NCBI RefSeq assembly: GCF_000150275.1
Contig: NW_002060945.1
Coordinates: 4,885,397-4,949,396 of the forward strand
Direction of reading: 5' to 3'
DNA length: 64,000 nt
DNA from: Trichoplax adhaerens
Lineage: Eukaryota > Animalia > Placozoa
The notes beneath the pieces are model-generated. The model was given only the letters and a program-made list of their open reading frames with translations, was not told where the DNA came from and searched no databases. This document shows positions 12,609-30,942 of the stretch, piece by piece. The stretch's first letter is position 1, and every line of letters starts with the position of its first letter. A program made the translations under genes and the position numbers.

Positions 12609-15060
12609 CTAATCTGTCTTAACCTTACAACACCTAAAGTACATTAGTTGAACAAAACGTTTAACTATATATATGATCGTTACTACTGTTATAATCCATA
12701 CTAGTAGTACGTCTAACATATAATACTCAATAATTGTTAGATTATAACCCTCCATTCTAAGATGCTTCGCTCCTTTATTTGCAATTACATATTCTATCCA
12801 ATCAACTGCTGTATCCCGTGAAGATCTTGGTTGACTTCGTAGAGCAATAGAAAGGCGGTTAGCATTTTCTCGGTATCTAAAATCAACAACCTAAACTTAG
12901 TTTTTATCCAGTGATGTAGTAAATATTAGATGAATACAGTACGTTAAACTGTTTTGTTATAAGTGTCATATCACTCAACAAACTAGAATTAAACCCAGTA
13001 ACATCATAAATAGAAATTGGACAACCTCAGGTTAGTTACTGACCTATCCTTTGTAAGTTGCATAATTCCATTAACTATATCATCTGATGTTAATCTAAGA
13101 AAATCTATCTTGACACCAAACCCAGCCTGCAAAATTTGGTTAGCATTATCGATCTGATCACCATGAATTGGCATCGCAAGGACAGGTATACCGTGATAAG
13201 CAGCTTCGTACATACTGTTATGGCCACAATGAGAATAGAAAACAATGGTATTTTTGTGACCTAAAATATCATTTTGAGGTACCCAACCAACAATTTTAAC
13301 ATGTGAGCCAATGTCAGTGATGTTGGTTTTGATTTTCCATAGCACCTTATATGGTAATCGATTTACAGCATCTACTAAGATTCTCAGTTTTTCTAAGCTA
13401 AGTTCTTCAAACGTTGAACCGAATGCAATATAAACTACTTTACTATCACCATTCATAAATGCTTCCAATTCATTAGGCAATGGCATTGCTGGCGTAGCAG
13501 ATAAAGAACCAATAACTTTAACATTAGGTAGAACAGGTCGAGGGTATTCAAGGACAAAATCGCTAGTAATCAACACCATTGATGGAGAATTCTCAATTTC
13601 ATATAAGCTCATTGATGGAGCAATGTTGAATTCCTGATTTAACGTCGTAATAGTTGTCCTCGTTAAATAAGAGAAAAATCTGTCTCCCATAAGATAGAAA
13701 ACTGTATTCAGAAATCTTTGCTTAAATGTCATCTTGGATGAATATCCAGTTAATGCATACGGAATATATGATAACGGAAAAGGATTATTAAGTAATAAAT
13801 GAGGCAAATTAAAGCCACCAGGCGATACAACAACATGAAGCTTTCCAATTGCAGTCGCTATTAAACTACCACAAATAAATCCACGATCAGTTACTAGGAC
13901 GTCAATTGTTTTATAATAAGACATAATAGTTGAATTATTCAGAATAGCTGCACAATATTCCTTTTGCAATCTCAAAAATATTTTTAAAGTAGTTATGATA
14001 GAAAAGCTGTTATTGACTTCCCCAAATTTAAAAGGGTGCTGAACCTCGTAAGAATCAACAGGAAGTTTTATGGTTGGCAACATTTGTGTTCTTTCAACGG
14101 TTATCCGCACCTAAAAGTAAGAAAATATCAACGTACCTCAGAATTACGGAAACACTAGCCACTTAATACAAATGAGATATTTTCAATGTTATTACTGTCT
14201 CTATATTATCAATGTTAAGCTTAGGTGCAATCCCTTTAATGATTATGATTATTCCGCGTATGTTATCGCAGGAGGTAACTAAACTACATATTGCAATATC
14301 ATGCAGCAAGTTGAATAGTTTCAATGAAGTAGTGTTGATGACTTAGCTTAGCTCTTGTACTTTACTGTTAGATGTTTACTATTTTAACCTCTAATACATA
14401 TCCCTTAATTAGAATACACCAAACCACACAAGAAAAGAAATGGCTATACCTTGCAATTCAAAATATCTGATGCTATGTATAAGAATTACACACATTACAT
14501 CACTGGCACATCTCGTCAAACTTTTTGCTTGCGTATTTATAACGATCATATGGCATAAAGGACCATATCATTTTTTGCAGACTGCCGTTACAGTACTTGA
14601 GAATGATGTTTAAGCGTCAAATGGATGTTCAAGTATCATGACACAATAATATTGCTTAATTAACCATTTCACTAATATTATGGTACTCAGGTACTGTGCA
14701 ACGATATTTCAATATCTACAGCTGCACTATTACGATAACAGCATGCAGTATGTATACTCGTATGTATATTAAACTATGATGTTATTATTAATAGACTAGA
14801 TAATAGTGATATTAACCGCAAACAGCTATTGTATGACCTCCTCTACGTACTGTAGATATCTAGCTATTACAAGACAGATTGACAGCTACTCTTACATCAT
14901 GGCCGCGCTTATGCAAAGCTTCTCCCATTGCATTGATGACATGTACATGACTTTTTCCAAACATTGGTATTACAGCTATCTTTGCGCATTGTCCGCGAAG
15001 AGGCAAAAGGGTAATTGGCAAAGCGATTAAAGCTATCAAAACCAGTAATCTCAATGCCAT
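12609..15060 (-). CDS. UDP-glycosyltransferase, copy 5; exons 15060-14896, 14110-13044, 12876-12609
   Basis: MALRLLVLIALIALPITLLPLRGQCAKIAVIPMFGKSH; WVPQNDILGH..HCGHNSMYEAAYHG; last exon (absent from the ORF track) ends RCCKVKTD*; same intron positions as copies 1-4. Confidence 0.93.
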
Positions 15061-15526
15061 TGCAAGCTAATTTAGACAAAATACACATATCACTTTATAA
15101 ACAATGTTAAACCCACTTTTGATTAATTTATTCATTTATTATATATTTTAAAATATATTTCATTAATCGTTAGATGCATATTTAATAAATAAATTCCGCC
15201 TTGCGCTATGTAATCTAACCTATAATTACAGCGTATAGATCACACTAAAACCTACCTATGTAATGTGAACGAGTCGATTCGATATATCGTGGATTACTAA
15301 ATTACCGGTAATTTAGTAATTCGTAGATAAATATTGCAAATCACGACTGATTATAATAATTAATTATACACTAATAACGATATTGGCACTACTGCTAAAT
15401 TAAAATTACAGATATTCGTATATCAGTAGATATCTTTACTGGATATCATTAGGTAATGCTAATCACCACTTGTCGCCACATTTGTAACCTTAGTTAATAA
15501 ATTCAGGAGTTATTAAAGTCGGGATG

Positions 15527-15684
15527 GTACTGTACTGTACAGTACAGTACACTTAGTACAGTCATTATACTGTACTTACTGTCATGGTACTGTACAGTTA
15601 TAATCTTTTCTATCTGTATGTCTGTCTGAAGATTATTCTGCATCAGTTTTAAGGTCCTGTAGTGTACAGTACAGTATAGTACTG
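15527..15684. repeat. (GTACW)n palindromic low-complexity array between divergent UGT copy 5 and SLC25A46
   Basis: ggtactgtactgtacagtacagtacacttagtacagt...gtgtacagtacagtatagtactg. Confidence 0.85.
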
Positions 15685-15823
15685 CATATTCAATTTTATG
15701 AATTTTAATCTATGATTAAAACTTAAAAAGGGAAGTACAATTTATAATTTTATTTCCCCCGATCTATTTATTTTACGATTTCATTAATTTGTATGAAATC
15801 TAAGCCCAAGACTACAAACATCT

Positions 15824-18194
15824 ATGGCAGGATCTACTGGCTTAAATTTTAATAATTATGAATCAATCTTGCAGTCGAGAAAGGAAAAGAATTCAAACGT
15901 AGATGACGAACAACCTGAACTTGACGATATTGAACAAGCCCAAGCTAATATCTTAGAGGACGTTGCACCTAGAAGAAAAGATATCGAATTCCAAGAAAGT
16001 AAATAATAATACAATACAGTATTTTACATACTAGAATAACTATACATCTCCAGAGTGGCTACCCTGATATTACGTATATTCAGTACTCTGCATAGCATAT
16101 AATTTAATCTTCTGCCTTCTTGTTAATTTTATTTATTGTGTATATTGTATAGAGAAAAACCAACTCACTCTAGGAATTGCAGTCAGATTGATCAGGTACA
16201 GTATTGCTGTATTCTTGATAATATAACTTGAGAACATTGTATGTGTATGACGTTATACGTAAAACTAGACTAAACGATTGAATAAAACTCCTTTTTTTTG
16301 TTGTCATAATTAGTCGTTGCATTGATGAAACCATATCTCACCCCTTGATTGTCTTACGTCGCCAATGTCAAGTAAGTTCAGAATTGCTGAAACTGAAATA
16401 CATACTATAAATACTGTACTAAGTGTTCGTATACTGGTTAAATCATCTTATAGTGTGGAAAAATCTCTTTATGAAAGTTGTATACCTACATTTAATAAAT
16501 ACATATTAACGCCTAATACTCTTATGATTTAATACGTATATTCTTACTTTGTAGGTCAATCATCGTTCAACTGGTTATTGCTTAACGCCTTTCTCAGTTC
16601 TACCAACTCTGATGGGTATCCAGAGGCACCAGGTGCAGACCTCGTGAACTCCTTTTGGAGTAACTACTATAAATTGTATAGCACATTATGAGATCTATTC
16701 TTAGATTATCCATTGCATACTTATATACTTATAACTACTGAAGTATTTTATTGACTCAATAATGGTAAAAAAATTTATTATAATCCAGCTATGCTACATT
16801 AGAAACTCATTATTCCTTTATTCTATAACTAATAAAGGGATTTGCAACACTTTGGAAAGGATTTGGAAGTACATTCATAGTACGTGGGTTAGTTATTTCA
16901 ACTGAAACTCTAATCACTGAAACTGTACCACTATCGATAAAACCTAATCAAGGACTGATGAAATTTCCAACACATACAATCCTTAAAAGGTTAGTTACAA
17001 ATATACGCATAGTGATGTGCGTAATTAATTAATTGTATTCTTTCACGCAAATCATACATATTCTCATGATACTCGTTAAGGTACTACTCGAATATAGGTA
17101 TATGCTCAAAATGCTAGATTAAACTCAATCTACTCTACCTATTTCATTAATTATGGTCCAATTTCTGCAATATTTCAGTCTCAGCTTTATGATTGTAACA
17201 CCATTTTACGCGACAAGTCTACTGGAAACACTAAAAGTACGGCATAGAAATATCTCCTCTTGATTCAAATATTTATTTCTAACAAAGTAAAATCAAAGCT
17301 TAGTCAAATTGATTTTGTCATTTTTTAGTGCAATTTTGGCAATGGAAATTCTAATGTAATGAATTTGAACTGTTTGGTCAGCGGTTTTAACCGTATTATC
17401 GGTCGTAATTTACCCAGGACAACCCGATTACTACCGTTATGGAAGTTAGCAATACCAACTGTTGGCTATCATATTTTACATTATACATTAACATCATTAA
17501 TTGAATTGATTACTATACGTATCTATCGTGATTCTAAAAAATCTGAATCATTTGAGTCAAGTCAACCTGAAGATGATGAAGATACAGACCAGCCTCATAC
17601 GATGACAGAGACTTTTTTCCCAGAGTTAGCAGCTCATTTTTTTGGAAATATGGTATCAGATATAGTACTGTATCCGTTAGAAACGATTATGCATAGATTA
17701 CTCATGCAGGGTACACGAACTATAATAGATAACACTGACGCTGGTGAGAATTGTATATAATAATGCTTATTGGTAACATAATATGTTAAAATAACAGTAT
17801 ATTACATGCATCTTATTCTGTAAGCTTCCGCGAATCACTCATGCATCAATCGATATCTGCAACATTTCTCTTACAACATTATTTTAAGTTTATAATAACT
17901 ACAATTTTAGTATGCATTCTGCTGATCACAAATGGAAAAACCTTATAATTTTTAATTTTTATTGCTATTTTAGGGGTAGGTGTTGTGCCTCTGGACACTT
18001 CCTATGACGGTGTATTAGATTGTTACACATCAATGATCAATGAGGAAGGCACCTGTAGCCTTTACAAGGGTATTGGTGCAGTTACTGTTCAATATATTTG
18101 CAGCTATGCCATTCTAAGATCTACAAAATATATTTTTCAACGCTTTTCAAATTACTTTGAGTATAGAAGACCACGAAATTTACATTCTTCCTAA
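15824..18194 (+). CDS. SLC25A46: Mitochondrial outer-membrane carrier SLC25A46 (Ugo1-like); exons 15824-15998, 16153-16195, 16314-16371, 16555-16632, 16838-16989, 17179-17236, 17329-17743, 17974-18194
   Basis: Spliced product contains SHPLIVLRRQCQVNH, LTPFSV, LWKGFGSTFIVRG, FFPELAA, LYPLETIMHRLLMQGTRTIIDNTD and YDGVLDC..EEG..LYKGIGA, all characteristic of SLC25A46. Confidence 0.93.
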
Positions 18195-21100
18195 AAAATT
18201 TTTGTATTAATATTGGTTTCCTTCGGTCTCTAATAATTTAAAATATACATACTTAATAAAATGATAGTACTAATTCCTGGACCCATAAAATTGTGACTGT
18301 AGTTAAGATTTTATCCAGACTCCGTATATAAATACGTTAGGGATGGTCATTACCATATATCCACCTAATCTATGCTATGCAGTTCTCTAACTTCCAATCT
18401 CAAGATATTAACTCGAAAATTAAGATGTTCTTCAATAGATATATTTCGTTACTTGAATCTTTACTAAAGATATGTTTATGCCTCAGACGTTTGAATTGTA
18501 AAACATTTATTTGCTACTATAAGTAGATTTTATAATTTTTCATGTGCAATTGCTTTCTATATGCGCAACTACAAACCTGATGTTGGAGGTATCAAAAATG
18601 CTATAATGAAATTATACCGGCCATGAATCTTAACATGGTTAGTCTGTCATCTGGTAGTGCATGCCTAGATAGTTCCTAATGTAATGCTAAATTATTTTTG
18701 TTGCTCATTGCATAAAGTAAATTATAAAATGCATCTCGAAGTCATGAATCGCTCACTATCTGCTATCATTTATGTGGTAATTTACTATGATATCATGATA
18801 AATAGATCAAGCTAATAACACATCTTCCTTTTACACGTACTACAATATAAATTTATATTTATTTTCTACAATTGAAGATTGAATTTGCAATATAAGGTTC
18901 GAATTAGGGTTATCCTTAAGTACAATGTGTAAAGTGATTATCAAACAGTATATTACGGTGCTAATATTCTGCTGCAACGATTACGATCAAGCATTAATAA
19001 ATATGATAAAGCCAAACCAATATTCCTCTTTCTATGACCAATAAAGTTAACATTGTTTGTACATCTTCGCAAATATGTAGCTCCTCATCGGATCTCGCTC
19101 GAATTTTCTGACCCAAATCTACTAAGACATAGAGTTTCATGCCGTGATCAATTATATTATGATGTTAAATTCGTACATGCGACTTTTGTAAACTAATTTG
19201 CTTGATTGTGCTAATGAAGGAATCATTTCTTTGAACTAACAAATAGTAACCCTTTTATTTTTACGTATGCATCGCCATCTTTGATTTGTAGAAATCATCT
19301 TAAGGAGTGCTACAGTATAGCCTTCAATATTAAAATTCTCAATGCAGTATAATTGAAAGACGTGCATAATAATTTAAGTTCTAATATCTCAACAGATAAC
19401 ATGAACAGCTTATTTCTGCAATTCAAAAAGGTTGCAATAGTTATTAGTGCAACTTGTGTAGTCTTACAGTAGGCCATATATCCTTTACTTGGACATGATA
19501 ATTAATCTGTTAGTAAAGTAGAGCAAATGAGGGTTATCGAATGAATTAATTTATAATGCATAAGTGTATTCTTTCAAACATGGTATCTCCCTCCTTATTA
19601 GTAATAAGGATTACTGGATAATAAAATCCTTGCTTCACAATACGTTGCATTAATATATCAGATACCGCAAATAGCTATAGTACAGTATAGTAAATACTGT
19701 ACTGGTCTCGTATATTGTTCATTAACATGGCCAAACAATAAAATTAATCAAGAAAATATGCTAGCTACAATTACAATCACATACGTGTACGTACGTGAAC
19801 TCAGTACTTAGATCTAGACTTAATTTTTCGAATTTCGTAGTAATATAGCTAAATGTATTTTTAATGTCTCTAAATAAAATTAATGATTTTATAAATTAAT
19901 CAAGAGTTCATTCTAGAACTAGCAACCGACCATATGTTGTTTAATAAGTACCAGATGCTAATCACGGTGCACTAACTGTACCTAGCATTTTAATTAACCT
20001 AACTTGTAACATATCAAAAACGACACTCATTGTACGTATATTGCAAAATGTATAACATGAATTGAATTTTATTAGATTCAATAAATTAACTACGTACGCC
20101 AACATACGTTTGCAAAAACACGTATACCTGTTACTGCGTGCTAGATTAGGATACTAAAGTACATTCTTTCAGGATTACGCACAGCATCAAATGGATATTT
20201 GAACTATACTCTGCAATTAGTATGCAAAGTAGTTGACTACATAACTCATAAATTTTTTTTAGCATAATTAGTTCAGTAGTAAGATCTTAACATAAATACA
20301 TTATATCGTATTTACATGTTAACACTGTTAAAGCTTTTAAGATTAAAAATTGTCATCAATATAATCAATTCAGATGATACAAAACCCTACTCTTCTTTAT
20401 TATCCAATACGTGTATAGTACTTATACAATATGTATACTCTAACCGGGTAGTAAGTCAACAATATTCTATACAAAATTGTAGAGAAAAATTTTGTACGGG
20501 TGCTATCCCTGGTACAAATAGCTAACACATAATTTATAATTTTTAACGTACAGCAGAAATAGATGCATAGTTCATCACGGATAAATAGAAGCATCTGTTT
20601 CATGATCCGATAAAACATAATTGATGATAATCACTTTTCTAGAGTTAGTGGATAAGGATTAAAATGTAATTGAGAACAATTTTATAAAATATAAAATAAT
20701 AATATCAAAACCAGCTACTAATAAATTATACAAATGAAAGCGTACAAGATTAGATCTATATTGCATAGAATTAATGGCACTATATAGTACATATATACGT
20801 AGAGGGCACCACTATTAATTAATAAATAGCGGTTTTACGGAAATTTTAAATTTTATTTGAGAATAATACGAGTATATAATTAATTCTACATCAATAATAT
20901 TATAAACTTTTATAGTAAAAGGTATCGTAAACTCGATTCTAACTGTAGATCGGTATTATGATTTACAGTTAATAAATGAGCCGTTTATTTAATATTTTCT
21001 CTTCAACTTCTGCATGTTAACCGCATATGATATACTACAAATTTGAATACGAGTTACAGTGCCACTTTGTACGATATACAACTGTTATGCAGTTTTACAA

Positions 21101-22253
21101 AATGGTAAACCAATTTACTGTACCGTATACTCGTATGCTGTAATTAATTAATAATGTCAGGGTTATTCTCAGGGTTAATCAGTATTTCAGTAAATATCTG
21201 CCGTATTTATGACTATAAGCTACCTGCTGTAGTAGATCATGAGATTACACAACTAATCCCTTTAGATAAGTCAAAATATCAATCACGGAAGAGGATACAA
21301 CATGCATACGCGTATACGTATGCGTATACTGTATTACTGTTCTGCGCTGTACTGTACACTAGTGTACAGTATATGAACGTATTTAAAATTATCTTATCAA
21401 TGTTCGGGAAACATTTTAAGCTTTAGATTTGGTATCATGTTGTAGATATGCCGCACGCGCAGACCATCTAGTGTTATCGTTGATCTATTTGCCTAGATTT
21501 CCATTAAGCTTCTTTAAAGTTGATTGATTGTGTTAACATGTCATCACCATAATAATAGTAATTATTAATGATTAGCTATTGTTAATTGGAGTAACTATTG
21601 TATATTAATCAAATAACCGCATTACAACACTAACGTCTATTATAAAGAATACAGCATTGCTGTATACTTTACAGTGTATAGTATGAAATGAGTGTTTGCT
21701 AGCATGCATTTATAACAATTATGAACCACTATAAGAATATCTAATGCTCCATTTTACACGCTCGTAGAACGTCAATGTGTCAGTGCTACTTTAGCAGTTA
21801 ACTACCTTAGTATACGAGTACAGTATTAAGGATATGCTCAGCTCAATGCTCGTGCGGTTACAGAGGAGAGCATACTAATTTTGCATACTTAATCTGTAGT
21901 AATAATTTAATTTGATAAATCGCTGCGTTCATAATGAATAATAGTATACTATATACAGGATATAAATAATTAATTAATTAATTAATCGGGGGTACAGATA
22001 GAGATATTCCAGTGGAGAACTAGAATTTGACAGGGCGGACCAAGTGAGTCATCATGTTGAGTCATACATACAGTAGTTGATTCACTTTTAATGTACCAGC
22101 CGAGTTTTCTGCTAAAAAACACTTGATTACACTGGTATTTACAGCATTATTAGTCGATTATGTACAGTTTTGATCTTTGCTCGTTAGCAGTGGCAGAGCT
22201 GTCACTGATTTGCAAATTTGTCTCCATCTTAAGAGAACGCCCATTTTCTTCAA

Positions 22254-23010
22254 GTACTGTACTGTGTTCCATCTGTCCATGACTGTATTCACCATATTCA
22301 CTGTCAGTGCTGTTACTTTGTACAGTACAGTACTGTACTGTGCAGAAAGAATCTCAGGTTGCATGACTTGCATCAGCATGCTTCAAACTGTAGTGACCCT
22401 AGACTAAGAAAGTCTTTTAATTTAGTGCTGATGGCGATGATACTTCTATCGATACTGAGTAAGGTACAGTACAGTATTGTACTGTAGGTTTTTTCTTACC
22501 TCTTTGGTACTGTACAGTGTACAGTACTGTATTTACAATGCAATAGTAATCCATGACCAATGATCATCCAGGAGTCCATGACACAGTGTACAGTGTACAG
22601 TACAGTACTGTACAGTACATCTATGGTTTGACAATACTGTACACAGCGTACAGTACAGTACAATACTACAGTACTGTACAGTACACCACAGCATGGTAAA
22701 ATTCTTATTTTACAGTATTTAGCTATTTTTAGAAGAAAGACAAACCTGTACTGTACGGTACAGTACAGTAACAGTAGCGTACCGTAAGCCTCATGCTGAC
22801 TCATATAAAACACTATTGATCATCGTGGACCCCTTGTGAACCAGTTGCTGTCCGTGGGTCATTTTTTAGCATTTCGGTACGGTAATGTAGGAGTATACTG
22901 CCATTCACATCGTGGGATAGGTGAGGTCTCGTTGTAACTTGCCGACCTTGCACTGTGCTGTCTTTGGATTGTACGACCTACAGTACTGTACTGTATGTGT
23001 ACTGTACTCT
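22254..23010. repeat. Large (GTACW)n array cluster upstream of REEP5 (blocks at about 22254-22342, 22464-22773, 22978-23010)
   Basis: Dozens of TACAG/CTGTA units in both orientations, e.g. cagtgtacagtgtacagtacagtactgtacagtac. Confidence 0.9.
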
Positions 23011-23337
23011 ACAAAAGTCTGCAATCATAGAGGTTACAAGGGCAATAAGAACGTGTGGCTCTGGCGCAAGTGAGCCATTATATAGTGGAAGTATTTTAAA
23101 AAGGGCTAGAAAAGTTCCCAAAGGTATGTCGGCCTGATAGGATTGCTTACTGATCGTTCAACCGCCAAGAGAATATATTATACAGTATACCCTACACAGT
23201 AGTTGTACAGGAAAAGTTGGATAATAATACGTATATTCATTATTTTGCGTATTCCGTTTACTTTATTGGTCTAGCTAAGAAAATTTTTCCTGTATAATTT
23301 TGTTGTAACGATACAGAATTAAAGAATATTGGACATA

Positions 23338-27919
<4,582 letters not shown>

Positions 27920-30900
27920 AAAGGATGAGTTTCTAATAGAAAATGAAGTAAACCTATTTTGTACATGATAGCAAATTAATTTTAGTGTTTTATAGTAACT
28001 TGTCCATTAAATCACAAAAAGTGGCCATTGTTTTAAATATAATAGAAATCAAACTGACATTGACTTGGTTTAACCTTATTGTATATTTGACTTAGTCTTG
28101 TAAATTGTATGAGTTTGTCAATTAAAAAATTCTATATGTAAAATCAGATTGAGAGAAAAAAATGATGATCAAATTCGCTTACAAGTTTATAACTGATATT
28201 ATTTATATTTAATAGCAACAACTGCGGCCCAACAGCACCTCGTCGACCAAATGCAGCATAGCGTATCGGGTAATCAGCAAGAGCCAGAAAACTAAAGGAA
28301 GATAAAAGACGAGATAATACCACACATATCAAGTATAATCATCACAAAGTAAAAAATAGATACGACTTAACTACTGTGTGATAGCAAAAGGAAGAACATT
28401 CATCCTATTTAGTTTTGTTTCTCTCTTGATCGCTATTTGTAATCCGATGGGTGTGTTTTGAAAGAAATTTAAATCTCGTAATTCACTACCGTGTTAAAGG
28501 AAGCCAGTTTTACTAATTTAATCTTAGCAAATATCCGTCATAGCATCCATTATATTCTAAATTGTAGAAAATGGGTAGATAGTATTAATTTGGTAGCAGC
28601 ACGTGTAGAAAATAGCCCTCTATTTTCTATGCTAAGACATGTAACTGCAGTACGGCGCTATGTTTATTAGTCCTCTATTAATTCAGTGCTAATCATTGTT
28701 ATTATTGCTAATGATCGTAAAGTAATAAAAGATAACGCTTTTAATACAAGAGGCCTTAACAATTTCAGATATCCTGTCTATCAGAGGAATGACGTATGGC
28801 GATCGCCACATTACTATATCGTGATATGCAAGAGCAACACAGTACATCTACTACAAACGAAAATGTTTAGTCGCCTATGACCGATATCATCTCTATAATA
28901 CTACAACAACTTATAATATTGTATGCGCTTATGATGGCTTATCTATAAATAACAACATCTATTTTTATCTCATTTTGTACAAAACGCAGCTGCAGAATTG
29001 TGTCGCATAAGTGTAAACCGTAGAATCTGCATTAGATATACGATACGGTCTAATAAAAATATTAGATTGCTTCTCGTGTAAGATAATACGGTTTAGAAAG
29101 GAAATGATTCCTTAAAGTTGAATTTCAGTTCCAAGCATTGACATCCAAACATGTCAACGGTATAATGTTGAAATTAATAAGAAATAGATTTTTTGCGTCG
29201 TAAAGCATTACTGTACTATTTATGCTCGATCTCCGTTAACGATTGGAGCCATGAGCATCCTACCTTCAAATGCAAGTACTTGCATTACTATAACGCGGAT
29301 AATTTGGTCTAAGAAGTCCACAAGACACTTGTATGCTAGCTAACTCACTTTCGAGTTTCGAGCTTTTGTCTACTTGGATTGAAAGAAACTCTCCTATTAA
29401 TTATTTCCTATCAATATATGACGTATTTTATCAATTCAAGTAACATCCGCAGGTAATATTGCGCCAATCATGCAGCTACGTGTACAGTAGATAGATAATT
29501 CATCAAATAAATCTTTACCCTTTGAGGTATAGGCAATTCAGGTGATCTCAATAAGCTGACTGTGCCGTTTTTGTAATCCATATATTAACATTCTTTCTAT
29601 CCAATAACATTAAGGTAAGAAGAGAGAATAATAGCAACAAATTTTTTCTCCAAAATGATTATACGCGAAAATAGCTATCAATCATTGATAATAAAGATTG
29701 AGTACTACATACGGAAATTTCTATTAATTAGAGGTTTACTAAAATGCAAATACCATTTAAATGTTTGTGCTCGTATTATTATTAGCGATCAATTAATTAT
29801 GAAGCCATCGTGAATATTTTTTTAACTTAGCTATTCGTAACGGTAAAATTTATCCTACTATACAGTACTACATAATATACTTTTATGACAACAATTATAC
29901 ATAAATACTTGCGCAAGTTCGTGATATTCGCTTGGTTACTAATAATTAGATTCTATTGATAAAATGTGACAACAGGTGCAATAAATACGCCTTATTTTAC
30001 TCACTTACGATGATATTCATACGCGTACAAATACACAGTTACAGCATATCACTCACAACACAACACATGATCTACAGCTAGAATACGTCACTGTAACTCC
30101 TTTCACTTACATATCAAAGGAACACCAGTATAGGCAGTGTAGATTTTCGATCAATAAATCAGTTGTGCCCTGACCACTATTTCAATTATATCTCATGCAA
30201 TAGTATGCGACAAAAGACACATAAAAGGTTGATTCATGAATGTATTATGACAGATGTGAAGATTTAAAATTTGGATAGAGATTATTTTAGTAGTCTAGGA
30301 TTAAATCCGATATTAAAACTGTTTTATTATCATTTCAAAATCAAAAAAATTATGTGCTGCATAGTATTCGTAGTTAGCTGTTCTCTTCTGCAATCAATAC
30401 AAATCCAAGTAGCAGAAAAATTAAATTAGCATCGACAGTTACATATAATCGAGTAAACGTACTGTATTATATGAATTTATATATAGATATAGTGCTTCAA
30501 TCCACCCTTTTGATAGGATAAAAACCCAAATCAACATTCTTAATTAAATTAATTCGAAGCATACGTTCTTTAAAAGCGATCTGTGTATTACCTTTAGTAA
30601 TCACCATCGATGAGACGATCTGACCAACTAAAGATCATAAAGCCATGTTATCCATGCCACTTTTAACAGGTATTAATACAAATACTTGTATATGTAATCT
30701 ATTCTCGACTAACTGATTTACGATCCCGTAATTTTTAGTATTGAAAGTTTTACTTGACATTTATTTAACATTGGATCTTTTCATCCACATTTTACCATCT
30801 TAATGTTTTTAGTTCAATTCGACTGTATACAAATAACGACCTATCTCTGTTGAAGAAAAGTTATCATCGAGTTACCTATATTATACAAATCAAACTATTG

Positions 30901-30942
30901 GCGAAAATAAAGTACCATGTCTTATCATTAAGATATAACAAG

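Noticed and set aside
11-15060. Vertebrate UGT1-style locus with alternative first exons spliced to shared exons
   Set aside because: Each of the five genes has its own complete set of three exons, and copy 4 is on the opposite strand
22464-22773. CRISPR-like or telomeric/satellite interpretation of the arrays
   Set aside because: No constant repeat with unique spacers, no cas genes, eukaryotic context; units switch orientation constantly, unlike telomeric repeats
22818-22960. GC-richer segment inside the REEP5 island with CATCGTGG twice, considered as an snRNA/ncRNA
   Set aside because: No match to U1/U2/U3/SRP/tRNA motifs that I can recognise; an Rfam/Infernal search would be needed
22158-23137. 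ORFs rich in YSTV/LYCT (also 39845-40027, 52946-53170, 21154-21426)
   Set aside because: These are translations of the GTACW arrays, which are poor in stop codons; no protein-like features
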